Origin: Pseudomonadota bacterium
Lineage (GTDB): Bacteria > Campylobacterota > Campylobacteria > Campylobacterales > Sulfurimonadaceae
Assembly: GCA_043797085.1 (NCBI GenBank)
Contig: JAZDQA010000011.1
Span: 32,001-96,000 of the forward strand
DNA length: 64,000 nt
Direction of reading: 5' to 3'
This document shows positions 31,606 to 40,267 of this stretch, one piece after another (the stretch's first letter is position 1; every line of letters starts with the position of its first letter). The notes under the pieces were generated by a model. That model saw only the letters and a list, made by a program, of their open reading frames with translations, did not search any database and had not been told where the DNA came from. The position numbers and the translations under genes are program-made.

Positions 31606-32715
31606 TTGCTTAATATTGATCGGCGAATTCTAGCACATTTTGACTATGTAACCGTTGCGTTATTGATTCCTATTGTTTTTTTATCAGGTTGGTTGATTTA
31701 TGAGATCCATCCGGTACTGGGACAAAAGCATTTGACGTACGTCAGTATCGGTATCGGTGTTTTTATTACACTTTTCTTGTTACCGATTCGGCGGATGTTT
31801 TGGTTGATCCCTATTGCGTATTGGGGAAGTATTCTTCTTTTGATCGCAGTTGAGTTTGTGGGTCATGCACGGTTGGGAGCAAAACGATGGATTGAGATAC
31901 CGTTTGTCCATTTTACGCTTCAGCCATCAGAGCTACTAAAACCTGCATTTGTCCTTATGCTTGCCTACCTCATCAGTCGTAATCCGCCACCTCGCGAGGG
32001 TTATGGAGTAAAAGCATTTTTGAAACTTTCGTTCTTTATCATGTTGCCTTTTTTCTTGATTGCCAAAGAGCCCGACCTTGGTACGGCAACCGTGTTGGCG
32101 TTGCTTGGATTCGGGATTTTATTTATCGTTGGTGTCCATTGGAAAATTTGGCTTGGACTTGGGGTGGTGTTTATTGTATCTCTTCCGTTGATTTACACCC
32201 AGTTGCATGATTATCAAAAACAGCGTTTGTACGATTTTGTAGGGGAAAAGCCAAGCTATCACGTCGAACAGTCGATTATCGCGATTGGTTCGGGCGGATT
32301 TTTGGGTAAACCCAAAGAAGAAGCGACGCAAACACAGATGAAATTTCTACCCATTGCTTCGAGTGATTTTATCTTCGCCTACGTCGTTGAGCGTTTTGGA
32401 TTTTTAGGGGCATTTTTTCTCATATCCTTGTACGCAGCATTGATTGTGCATTTACTGATACTCTCATCGTGGTCGGCTGATTATTATATCAAGGTGGTCA
32501 CTGGCGGACTGTCACTGCTGGTATTTATCTACATGAGTGTCAATATTGCTATGACCATGGGGCTTGCTCCGGTCGTTGGTGTTCCATTGCCGATGTTTAG
32601 TTATGGCGGGAGCAGTTTTGTTAATTTTATGGTCTTATTTGCCATTATGGAAAACCTCTTAGCCTATCGTTTTCGTTATATGTACGATAATGTTGGTAAA
32701 AAAAGCTTCGTCTAA
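31606..32715 (+). CDS. rodA: rod shape-determining SEDS protein RodA
   Basis: GAKRWI, QPSE..K, EPDLGT, QSIIAIGSGG, GVPLPMFSYGGSS. Confidence 0.9.
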   Translation: MLNIDRRILAHFDYVTVALLIPIVFLSGWLIYEIHPVLGQKHLTYVSIGIGVFITLFLLPIRRMFWLIPIAYWGSILLLIAVEFVGHARLGAKRWIEIPFVHFTLQPSELLKPAFVLMLAYLISRNPPPREGYGVKAFLKLSFFIMLPFFLIAKEPDLGTATVLALLGFGILFIVGVHWKIWLGLGVVFIVSLPLIYTQLHDYQKQRLYDFVGEKPSYHVEQSIIAIGSGGFLGKPKEEATQTQMKFLPIASSDFIFAYVVERFGFLGAFFLISLYAALIVHLLILSSWSADYYIKVVTGGLSLLVFIYMSVNIAMTMGLAPVVGVPLPMFSYGGSSFVNFMVLFAIMENLLAYRFRYMYDNVGKKSFV

Positions 32716-32727
32716 TCTAAGAGCGTT

Positions 32728-32733
32728 TATAAT
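32728..32733 (+). promoter_or_regulatory. -10 box of the host tRNA promoter
   Basis: TATAAT followed by GC-rich discriminator ggcgctcc just upstream of the tRNA 5' end. Confidence 0.55.
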
Positions 32734-32749
32734 GGCGCTCCACTTTCAC

Positions 32750-32790
32750 GGGTCAATAGTTCAGTGGTTAGAGCCCTCCGCTCATAACGG
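32750..32790 (+). pseudogene. 5' half of a tRNA(CAT) gene, truncated after the anticodon arm; candidate prophage attL
   Basis: gggtcaatagttcagtggttagagccctccgctcataacgg matches the full tRNA at 32886 (2 mismatches in 41 nt) and then diverges. Confidence 0.8.
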
Positions 32791-32850
32791 CTTAATCTGA
32801 ATTGATAGAACGCCTACAGACAGGGCGGTAAACGGTCTTTATTTTTTTAC

Positions 32851-32873
32851 GGTGACGGCTTAGGTGACGGCTT
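32851..32873 (+). repeat. direct repeat GGTGACGGCTT x2, candidate integrase arm-type sites
   Basis: Copies at 32851-32861 and 32863-32873, about 60 bp inside the att core. Confidence 0.55.
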
Positions 32874-32885
32874 CACTTCTTAAAT

Positions 32886-32961
32886 GGGTCAATAGTTCAA
32901 TGGTTAGAGCCCACCGCTCATAACGGTGTTGTTGCAGGTTCAAGTCCTGCTTGACCCACCA
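32886..32961 (+). tRNA. tRNA with CAT anticodon (probably Ile2/lysidine type; Met not excluded)
   Basis: 76-nt cloverleaf: GGGTCAA/TTGACCC acceptor, CACCG-CTCATAA-CGGTG anticodon arm, GCAGG-TTCAAGT-CCTGC T arm, encoded CCA. Confidence 0.93.
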
Positions 32962-32972
32962 TTTCTTCAAAA

Positions 32973-33161
32973 TCAAGCTGATTTATCAATACGATTTCTC
33001 TCTAAAAATTCTTCAATATCTGATATTTTATAAACAACAGCATTACCAAATTTTGAGTAAGATAGTTTTCGTTGGCTTCGATAGTTAGCCAGAGTACCTT
33101 TTGCAATACCGAATTTTTCCATAACTTGTTTATCTGTTATGTATTTGTCAAGCAATTCCAT
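32973..33161 (-). CDS. excisionase-like HTH protein
   Basis: 62 aa, YIT..QV...FGIAKGTLANYR...Y.K.G..V.Y...DIEEFL winged-helix pattern next to att. Confidence 0.75.
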   Translation of the reverse strand: MELLDKYITDKQVMEKFGIAKGTLANYRSQRKLSYSKFGNAVVYKISDIEEFLERNRIDKSA

Positions 33162-33345
33162 TTGCTCCCTCCTTCATAAATTTCGGAAGAAGTAAGCCCA
33201 TAAAGCAACTTCCTACCCCACCTTTTTTATATTTTGGCTTACTACCTGCTGAGCAACTCTTATCTCCGTTTACCCCTTTGATACATTCTGAACAGTCAAT
33301 ATTCCACTGTCCTCTTGTATCTTGTCCGCTGTATTTTGGTTTCAT
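33148..33345 (-). CDS. small Cys-containing phage protein
   Basis: 65 aa, CSEC...C...C, AAGGAG RBS. Confidence 0.55.
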   Translation of the reverse strand: MKPKYSGQDTRGQWNIDCSECIKGVNGDKSCSAGSKPKYKKGGVGSCFMGLLLPKFMKEGANGIA

Positions 33346-33409
33346 CCTGCTCTCCTTATTTTTTCAACAATTCTCTGCGCTTCCAATGTATCAAAGTAAT
33401 CATCAACAC

Positions 33410-33925
33410 TCATAAAATCACTTCGTTTAATTTCTTCTTCGCTCTGCGTTTCGATGCTTCTTCCCGTCTGCGCTTCAGGTTCTCTTCGGGGTGATTGTCT
33501 CTCCACTTCTTTACTGACTGATAAGATAGTGTCGGGTGAAGCTTCCGGTAGTTTTTCATGTATGTCCGCTTGTACTCTCTCTTCTCTTCGATTGACATCG
33601 GTTTTTTCTTCGGATTTGTTTGGAGCGGATCCGTCACCGCTTTGGACTTTTTTGGCTGCACAACCTTTTTACCAATATCGGAAATATGGTTATCCATAAG
33701 ATTTATCATAAGTGGTTTAGAACTTACTTTTTTAGTATCATGATTTGATAGTGTTGGGGCAGCGTTTTTATGGCTGGCATTTTTTCGAGATATTGAAGGA
33801 ATATGTTCTTCCTCCTTGATCCCTATAGCTTTTTTCCATTCTTTTTCAGACATAGGATGTTTCATCCCTTTTGACTTTAGAATGTCGAGGTATTTTTTAT
33901 ATCCTTCATGCATTACCAATACCAT
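33410..33925 (-). CDS. highly basic phage hypothetical protein
   Basis: Lys/Arg-rich ORF in the leftward operon. Confidence 0.65.
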   Translation of the reverse strand: MVLVMHEGYKKYLDILKSKGMKHPMSEKEWKKAIGIKEEEHIPSISRKNASHKNAAPTLSNHDTKKVSSKPLMINLMDNHISDIGKKVVQPKKSKAVTDPLQTNPKKKPMSIEEKREYKRTYMKNYRKLHPTLSYQSVKKWRDNHPEENLKRRREEASKRRAKKKLNEVIL

Positions 33926-34805
33926 TACCTATAATTGATTTTAATCTCTTTCTTTCTCCATCCCGTCTCCATTTTGCACGTAATTTTTCAATACGATCAG
34001 GGTCATCTTTGATTTGTTGATAGCGATTACGTTCTTTTTCAAGGCGACGTTCGACAGCTGCTATATTTTGTTTAAAGCGCTCACGTTTTTTTGGCCCACG
34101 AGCTCTATCTTGAGCCCGTATTTTTTCAGCATTTTGCTTTCGGTACTCCCGAGCTTTTGCACGATGTTCTTCCCATTGCTGAGGAGTCCAATCTTTTTTC
34201 TTATCACGCTGTTTGCGGTTGTATTCAGATACCTTGTCTTTATTGCTTTGAGCATATTCACGATTTCTATCAAGACTTTTCTTTTTATTTTTTGCGTAAT
34301 ATTCTCGCTGATATTCATTTCGCTTTCGTTTTGTTTCATCCGGAGATTGTCGAGGAGATACTCCTTTTTCTAATCTCTTTTTAGCCTGATACTCACGAGC
34401 ACTTTTACGATTACGCTCTATCAACTCTTCATGAGTTAATTTTACTCGCTTTGGTTTCTCTATTTTTAGAGCAGCTTCTTTTTTTACTTTCAGATCTTTG
34501 ACAGGTTTTGGTTTTATCGATCGGAGTACTCTTAGTTTTGTCGTGACGCTTTTCGCTTTGATCGCCGTTTCACTTAGTTTTGGGGCTGGGGCCTTTTTTG
34601 CTTTGGATAGCTCCTCGATGCTGACACGATTTTCATCTTTTATTTTCTCCTGATCTATCAGATACCCGAAAACAGAGCGCTTCGTCCCAGGCTTAATCTT
34701 CATCTCTTTGCATTTTTCTAAGTAACTTTTATAAAGGGTGTCGATGTTATTCATGGAGGCTCCTTTGATTAATCTATTTCTTACTCTTTCCATACTTTGC
34801 ATCAT
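33906..34805 (-). CDS. highly basic helical phage protein (start probably 34754)
   Basis: Repeated R-E-Y-type helical motifs; AAGGAG before MNNIDTL. Confidence 0.7.
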   Translation of the reverse strand: MMQSMERVRNRLIKGASMNNIDTLYKSYLEKCKEMKIKPGTKRSVFGYLIDQEKIKDENRVSIEELSKAKKAPAPKLSETAIKAKSVTTKLRVLRSIKPKPVKDLKVKKEAALKIEKPKRVKLTHEELIERNRKSAREYQAKKRLEKGVSPRQSPDETKRKRNEYQREYYAKNKKKSLDRNREYAQSNKDKVSEYNRKQRDKKKDWTPQQWEEHRAKAREYRKQNAEKIRAQDRARGPKKRERFKQNIAAVERRLEKERNRYQQIKDDPDRIEKLRAKWRRDGERKRLKSIIGNGIGNA

Positions 34806-34897
34806 GAGGGTTCGTGCCCCATCTGCGCTTTGTTTTGATAGAACCTATTCCTATTGCGATGATCAGAAATAGAATTAATGCTATTCCTATAATTTTA

Positions 34898-35146
34898 TCA
34901 GCGAACATTTTTAACTCCTAAATCAGTAGTAATCTGATCGATGGTGTACGGCAGCACAACTCCTCCAATTTCAACATCGAAGTATTTTGTTCCTTCGTAC
35001 CTACGTATTCGCACAACTCTTCCTTTGAACTGACCGTACACATAAATCCATTGACCAGGCTTGATGTCATTTTTAGTTTGCATCACGCTATACCTCCAAC
35101 AATAAATAATCCGATAATTCCAAACATAAAAGCAACAACTCCCCAA
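34898..35146 (-). CDS. small phage hypothetical protein (start probably MQTKND near 35083)
   Basis: GGAGG RBS before the internal ATG; small beta-rich sequence. Confidence 0.5.
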   Translation of the reverse strand: MGSCCFYVWNYRIIYCWRYSVMQTKNDIKPGQWIYVYGQFKGRVVRIRRYEGTKYFDVEIGGVVLPYTIDQITTDLGVKNVR

Positions 35147-35370
35147 AAACCTTGCGACTTTTCACGAAAGACGGTACCATACAAGACAGCAGCGGTTATA
35201 AAATAGATCGTAGCTGCCAAAGGCATGATTGCAAACGCCAAAATGAGAGGAATAATTACAGCATGAACAGCACCTTTGAAGGCTTTATCGTAAGCGTCAT
35301 TATTTTCGTAGGATATAAAATCTATAGCGACCCCGTTTGGTGTGCTAAGGTTGAGCGTTTCTTTTAACAT
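35083..35370 (-). CDS. small phage membrane protein
   Basis: Hydrophobic helices, AAGGAG RBS. Confidence 0.6.
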   Translation of the reverse strand: MLKETLNLSTPNGVAIDFISYENNDAYDKAFKGAVHAVIIPLILAFAIMPLAATIYFITAAVLYGTVFREKSQGFWGVVAFMFGIIGLFIVGGIA

Positions 35371-35458
35371 AGTTTCTCCTTTGGTAATTCTTCAATGATT
35401 CGTAGCGCCCACCATAGTGGGAGCCCATTAAGAGATTCTAAAATTCTTTTGAACTTCA

Positions 35459-36265
35459 TTAGATCTCCTCAATAGTGACTTTGTACTGTTTATCAGCAAG
35501 CAAAACACCTAAGTCTCGAAACTCTCTATAAATTTCATATGACATAAGTGCATGACCACTTTTTTTTAATTGTTTAACTACTTTTTTCCCCTGGTAAACC
35601 TTCTCCACTTTCGGTTTCGCCGCTTCTTTGAAATCATCACGCTTAATCTCACCAGAGTTGTATCTCTGATAGATTTCACGCTGTTTTTCAGGATCTTTTA
35701 CCCTGCTTAGTTCTTCGAGTACTGATAACCCGATATCGCGTTTGTTTGCTTCGATGTCAGCTTTGATCATAGGGTCGAGCTTGAAGCATCCGAATGCTTT
35801 AGAGACATAGGATAATGGTTTGCCTATAGCTCCCGCTAACTCTTGCTTCTGAGTGTATTTACCTGATTCCCATAGCCTTACTATCGCCATCGATGTCTCA
35901 TAGTCAGTCAAGTCCTCACGCTGGATGTTCTCGATTAGAGCCATTTCATCCACTGAGTGATCGTCGCTATAAAATACGATTGATTTAATCGTTATTGCTC
36001 CATTAATCTTGGATGATTCGTATCTGCGCTGCCCTGCGATAATCATGTATTTGTCTGATTTACGTACCACACTGATTGGTTGTAGTAGTCCTTTGGTTTT
36101 GATAGACTCTGCCAGTTCTAAAAGTGAAACGGGGTCAAAATGTTTGCGTGGTTGGTCGGGGTTTGGGTATATCTTCGATATCTCTATCTCCATCAGAGAG
36201 CTAATACCTGATGTTCTGGGAGCAGTTTGATTAGTTGCGTTTTTAAGGGCGGATAAGTTCATCAC
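35459..36265 (-). CDS. parB: ParB-family partition protein
   Basis: PNPDQPRKHF, GLLQPISV, IIAGQRR, ALIENIQREDL, HTH. Confidence 0.9.
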   Translation of the reverse strand: MMNLSALKNATNQTAPRTSGISSLMEIEISKIYPNPDQPRKHFDPVSLLELAESIKTKGLLQPISVVRKSDKYMIIAGQRRYESSKINGAITIKSIVFYSDDHSVDEMALIENIQREDLTDYETSMAIVRLWESGKYTQKQELAGAIGKPLSYVSKAFGCFKLDPMIKADIEANKRDIGLSVLEELSRVKDPEKQREIYQRYNSGEIKRDDFKEAAKPKVEKVYQGKKVVKQLKKSGHALMSYEIYREFRDLGVLLADKQYKVTIEEI

Positions 36266-36848
36266 GTACTCCTATGATCTCAGCTCTCGAAGTATCGAAA
36301 GAACTGATAGATGAATGAAACACACTCTTACCGTCCCCCATGGTCGACCGGTATATTTTACGTGATCGTATGACCGAGTCAAGCAAAACGATATTAGTAT
36401 CGCTGATTGCCTCTTTAATCGTGTCAAAGTTACGGGTAAGAGGGTGGATGTTGTTAAACACCATATACGCTTCGGCATCACTACCGATCTCAGATAGGAT
36501 CGATTTGAACGTATGAAATCCAAGAACCTCAGTAATGCTGTCGCTGATTGGTATGAGTATTTTGTCGCTATAGGCAAGAGCAGTACGGTTGATATCGCTA
36601 TCAAACCCTCCGACGTCTATAATGACCACTTTATCACTCGGTGTTGCTTTGAGTATCTCGATGAGCTCTGAGGAGGTATGAGGCTGTATTACGTTAAGCG
36701 TTCCACCACTCATTAGATTGAGATAGTGGATTGTTTGCTGAAAGTCTAAGTCGATGACATCAGCATGGTTAGCAAATGAGTGAGCCAAATGCCACGCAAG
36801 AGTTGATTTCCCAACTCCTCCCTTAGTGTGTGAAATAGTAATAATCAT
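36243..36848 (-). CDS. parA: ParA-family ATPase (short type)
   Basis: Deviant Walker A KGGVGKST, IDLDFQ, VIIDVGG. Confidence 0.9.
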   Translation of the reverse strand: MIITISHTKGGVGKSTLAWHLAHSFANHADVIDLDFQQTIHYLNLMSGGTLNVIQPHTSSELIEILKATPSDKVVIIDVGGFDSDINRTALAYSDKILIPISDSITEVLGFHTFKSILSEIGSDAEAYMVFNNIHPLTRNFDTIKEAISDTNIVLLDSVIRSRKIYRSTMGDGKSVFHSSISSFDTSRAEIIGVRDELIRP

Positions 36849-36867
36849 GGTTGGATTCCTTGGTTTG

Positions 36868-36885
36868 ATTTTCCCGCGGGAAATT
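36868..36885. promoter_or_regulatory. palindrome ATTTTCCCGCGGGAAATT, candidate parS/operator
   Basis: 20 bp upstream of the parA start; near-identical perfect 18-bp palindrome at 48930-48947. Confidence 0.45.
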
Positions 36886-36949
36886 TTGTGAGCTCTCTAC
36901 GTGACTCAGCGAACCACAAAGGGAACCTGCGCCTCGTAGAAAGCTATGG

Positions 36950-36979
36950 GACGGCTCCGACATGAATGTCGGAGCCGTC
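36950..36979. repeat. perfect GC-rich inverted repeat (hairpin/cruciform)
   Basis: GACGGCTCCGACA-tgaa-TGTCGGAGCCGTC between the second DGR target and parA. Confidence 0.8.
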
Positions 36980-37013
36980 ATTAAACTTGAAACGCTTTCA
37001 CACCTTCAATGCC

Positions 37014-37913
37014 TTACATTACCTTCTCTTCTTGATTGTTATCACTCACTTCCGTTCGTTCTGTCATGGGCTCAATGTAGGCTGGACGGAACCCGATGAA
37101 GCTGTACGAGACCGAACGAGCAGCGCCCAGATACAAGGCACCGAGCCCAGCATCCGCACCACCGTACCAATTCCCGCCACGGAACGGCAAACGTTCATCG
37201 CAGTTATCAGCCCAAAAATAGCCTTTTATATCTGTCATGTTGTGTTGTTGAGGTGGTACGATCAACGCTTTGAATAGAAGCTCATCGATTACAACACCGT
37301 CCAATACTTTGGTTTCAACCCAGCGGTTACCGTCATAATCTTCATTTGTAACCGCATTTCCGAAAATTGGTATTCCGTCATTGATGTCCACATGGGTATC
37401 AAATCGTTTCCATTCAGACTCATGCGCTGAAAAATCATTATCATGAGGCATAATGATCTGACCATCGATAAGCTTTAACCCATCGACCCACTCCCATAAC
37501 GATCCGACTCCACCGACGGCGTTTTTACCCTCTTTCAGGCTCCACATTGCCATCGCTGACCACTCCCAGTTCGTCATGAGATGCCATCCTGCACCTTTAT
37601 CCGAACAATGTTTTTTCGCATCATCAAAATCAATCCTTACTACCGGACTGCCGTTCTCATCTTTCTCGTGCCCCATACCGATATGGATGGCATCAATCTC
37701 GACCCCGTTAATGATGAATGCTGGATGAATGCCAGATCCGAATCGTGGGTCCACATCTTCAATGCGAAACTTTGGTATGATTTTCATATCATTATTTTTG
37801 CCATGCTGATCATAGATGGCTGTTATCTCTTTTTGCATAATTTTCTCCCAATATACAAAGCCGTACCGTGTAGCTACCGTGACACGCACTTTTTTCTTTA
37901 TTCTGAGTCCCAC
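37014..37913 (-). CDS. second (remote) DGR target protein, Mtd-like/CLec-fold paralog; alternative start at 37838
   Basis: Shares HPAFI.NGVE, KGAGWH.MTNWEW, WEW.DGLKL and RGG.W...GFRPAY with the 58394 gene; carries VR2. Confidence 0.9.
   Translation of the reverse strand: MGLRIKKKVRVTVATRYGFVYWEKIMQKEITAIYDQHGKNNDMKIIPKFRIEDVDPRFGSGIHPAFIINGVEIDAIHIGMGHEKDENGSPVVRIDFDDAKKHCSDKGAGWHLMTNWEWSAMAMWSLKEGKNAVGGVGSLWEWVDGLKLIDGQIIMPHDNDFSAHESEWKRFDTHVDINDGIPIFGNAVTNEDYDGNRWVETKVLDGVVIDELLFKALIVPPQQHNMTDIKGYFWADNCDERLPFRGGNWYGGADAGLGALYLGAARSVSYSFIGFRPAYIEPMTERTEVSDNNQEEKVM
37082..37191 (-). repeat. DGR variable repeat VR2
   Basis: Ungapped 110-nt match to TR (59848-59957) with 14 mismatches, all at TR adenines. 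Confidence 0.95.
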
Positions 37914-37958
37914 TGGAACTACCTCATATTTTTATAGAACTCCATGTATGGAATGTGG

Positions 37959-38738
37959 TTAAACCTGATACGATTTAACGCCCTCAATACTGTCACAGAT
38001 ACTCTGTGTGAGTTGTCGGCGTGTTTCCTCTTCGAGTTGGTCGATGTTGTAACAGATCAGCTCTGCAACAAACGCACCGTCCTGAGCACTCAAAAATAAC
38101 TCTGTCTCAAAGCGGGTGGTTAGTTCACGATCATTGGTATAGATTGGAAACTCAAAAGTAATAATCCGTGGGATTTCAACGTTTGCTTTTCCAGTTCGGA
38201 CAGTGGCATCAATGCTAAACTTGTTTGATGCATTTCGCTGGATGCTGTCAATTGTTGTGATTCCCTGCAAGCTCTCTGCCATGTCGATGATGTCCATGTC
38301 ATCTGCTTTTTTGTTATCCAGTGCAACGATGAACGGCTCCATACGTTTAAGGAAGCGAATAAAATCTTTTTGACTGATTGATCTTCCATTGTTTGCTCGG
38401 TAATGTTTATAGTCATCAGTTTGGATCAGAGGCATAAGCGCTGCACTGTCACCGTAATCAGGTTGTGAAGCTGTGATATAGTTGAATACGGCTTTTACCC
38501 TGCCATCATCATAGAAAAGCTTTGTAGCGTTTGTTTTGTACTCAGTAACGAATGCAATGAAGTCATCTTTGTTGATGATACTTTGTGATACAACATGCCG
38601 TGCCAATTCAGGCTTAAGGTGGAGTGGCTGCATACTATTATCAATTTTATAGTCTTGGTGTGTAGCTCTAGCCCCATTATCAAGAAGTACACTTGGTATT
38701 CTAAATGCATCGATAAGCGGTCTTAAAAAATCTTTCAT
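37959..38738 (-). CDS. DUF2303 (YfdQ-like) phage protein
   Basis: DFIAFV, AVFNY, SQKDFIRFL and F.FPIY pattern, paired with a ~108-aa upstream gene. Confidence 0.6.
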   Translation of the reverse strand: MKDFLRPLIDAFRIPSVLLDNGARATHQDYKIDNSMQPLHLKPELARHVVSQSIINKDDFIAFVTEYKTNATKLFYDDGRVKAVFNYITASQPDYGDSAALMPLIQTDDYKHYRANNGRSISQKDFIRFLKRMEPFIVALDNKKADDMDIIDMAESLQGITTIDSIQRNASNKFSIDATVRTGKANVEIPRIITFEFPIYTNDRELTTRFETELFLSAQDGAFVAELICYNIDQLEEETRRQLTQSICDSIEGVKSYQV

Positions 38739-39061
38739 TGGTTAACTCCCGGAAGTATTTGTTGGTTTGGACGGTTACGTGATGGCATAAATGTTTGCTC
38801 ATTAACAAAGAAGCCTGTTTTGATCTTAGGTCGAGGGATGGTATGACTTACATCTCCAACCATAGTGATCTGATCATCAGCGACTTTGGAAATTTCGAGC
38901 TTGATAGTGATGGTCGATTTTTTCTCCTGAATCATGGTGGCTTTTACACATTCTTTCAGTGCTCGGGCGGTGTTATCCGCAATGTCTCCGTTTCCAATAG
39001 TTCTAAAAGCATTGATAAACGCATCGATCTCAGAGGCGAAAACCTCGGGGTTCTGTTCCAT
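38735..39061 (-). CDS. phage hypothetical protein (usual partner of DUF2303)
   Basis: K..ITIKLEI...P.....FFV......SR..P.Q pattern; coupled to the downstream gene. Confidence 0.6.
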   Translation of the reverse strand: MEQNPEVFASEIDAFINAFRTIGNGDIADNTARALKECVKATMIQEKKSTITIKLEISKVADDQITMVGDVSHTIPRPKIKTGFFVNEQTFMPSRNRPNQQILPGVNQ

Positions 39062-39185
39062 AGTGATTCCTTCGGGTTGAGTATTTAATCAGGGCAGGCG
39101 CCTTACCCTCATGTAGATACTCGATTTTCATGGTGAAACCCTCTGATATAATGTTGCTGCAACACAAATCAAAACAAAAGGCTTC

Positions 39186-39455
39186 ATGATGGAAATAACG
39201 GTTAATTATCAAGGGCATAGCGGAGTAAATCTCAGTGTTAAAGATTCAATGAGCTATATGCCAAGAGTAGGGGAAATGATTCATAATCCATCTGTCGAAG
39301 ATAGTGGGTGTACGGGCATGTTTGTTATCTATGATATTACACATGAACGTGCAGATGATGGATCGTTCTCATGTGTTGTTCAATGTATTGAATTTGGAGA
39401 TGTTGATGATAAACGTGACAGGCTTGCTGAAAGCGGCCATCTTACCTATCATTAA
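39186..39455 (+). CDS. hypothetical protein on the strand opposite the early operon
   Basis: 89-aa ORF with MPRVGE motif. Confidence 0.55.
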   Translation: MMEITVNYQGHSGVNLSVKDSMSYMPRVGEMIHNPSVEDSGCTGMFVIYDITHERADDGSFSCVVQCIEFGDVDDKRDRLAESGHLTYH

Positions 39456-39679
39456 GCTGATATAAACAACGCTTCAAACTCTTTACGAAATTTGATGATC
39501 TCATCGCGTAGTTTCATCATTTTTTCGTTGTATGCTTTTATATCTTCTGCTCTGTCAATATTATTTTTTGAATAATAACTACCTAGAGGAGAAAATGAGT
39601 AATATAAATCTTGCTCAATATTTCTAAGATTATTGGATACTTCTACCGCTTTTCGTATTTCATCAAATTTAACTTCCAT
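39452..39679 (-). CDS. phage hypothetical protein
   Basis: 75-aa ORF, AAGGAG RBS. Confidence 0.55.
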   Translation of the reverse strand: MEVKFDEIRKAVEVSNNLRNIEQDLYYSFSPLGSYYSKNNIDRAEDIKAYNEKMMKLRDEIIKFRKEFEALFISA

Positions 39680-39884
39680 AATCTCTCCTTGAGTATTTTG
39701 TAAACCACCTCGAAAGATGATTTATTAAAAACTCTTGCACCACTGCTTCGTGGCTCAGTCACCCTCACGGTAACTCATCCCAAACCAGCACCACCGATCA
39801 ACGGCTTCTTTCCACTGTAGGGCTCAGGGAAACTCTTCCCCGTATTTTGAGCATAGGCTCAATAGATCACACGCTATGTGTAAT

Positions 39885-40136
39885 CTATGAAACTATTTTT
39901 ATATCGTTTGAGCGGCAGTAGGTATGGAACCCGTTGCAGTTCTTTTTTAGGTATTCGTAAATTAGTTTGTCGAGAGGAGTACTCTTTCCGTTTCGAACTA
40001 ATTTATCATGAAGACGTTGCTTCATAGATGATGGTTTTGCTCCTATCTCTTTTGATGCAGTTTCAAAGCTTTTGCCTGAAACTAACAATCCTAGTTTTAC
40101 GTTTTGATATAGAGATAGATGCTGGTTAAATGCCAT
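39885..40136 (-). CDS. small putative DNA-binding protein (Cro/Ner-like position)
   Basis: First gene after the leftward promoter, HTH-like SFETASKEIG.KPSSMKQRL. Confidence 0.55.
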   Translation of the reverse strand: MAFNQHLSLYQNVKLGLLVSGKSFETASKEIGAKPSSMKQRLHDKLVRNGKSTPLDKLIYEYLKKNCNGFHTYCRSNDIKIVS

Positions 40137-40210
40137 TTTTGTTAAACCTTTTGAGTATTGCTAATCATGCGTTATAATCTTGTTTACGTTATGCAAACGT
40201 AAACGGATAA

Positions 40211-40267
40211 AGCAATTATAGACAACATTGTCAAGTAATGTCAAGAGGAAGTGTCAAGTTATGTCAA
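40211..40267 (-). promoter_or_regulatory. leftward phage promoter and TGTCAA operator array
   Basis: Minus strand TTGACA-18nt-TATAAT; TGTCAA at 40229, 40239, 40252 and 40262. Confidence 0.7.

Noticed and set aside
32790..33200. Integrase at the left prophage end
   Set aside because: No tyrosine or serine recombinase ORF is visible in the window; only an excisionase-like gene. The integrase is presumably at the right end, outside the window.
36966..37277. Plus-strand ORF over VR2, and the similar minus-strand ORF 59135-59425 over VR1
   Set aside because: Antisense shadows; their similarity to each other just reflects the VR repeat.
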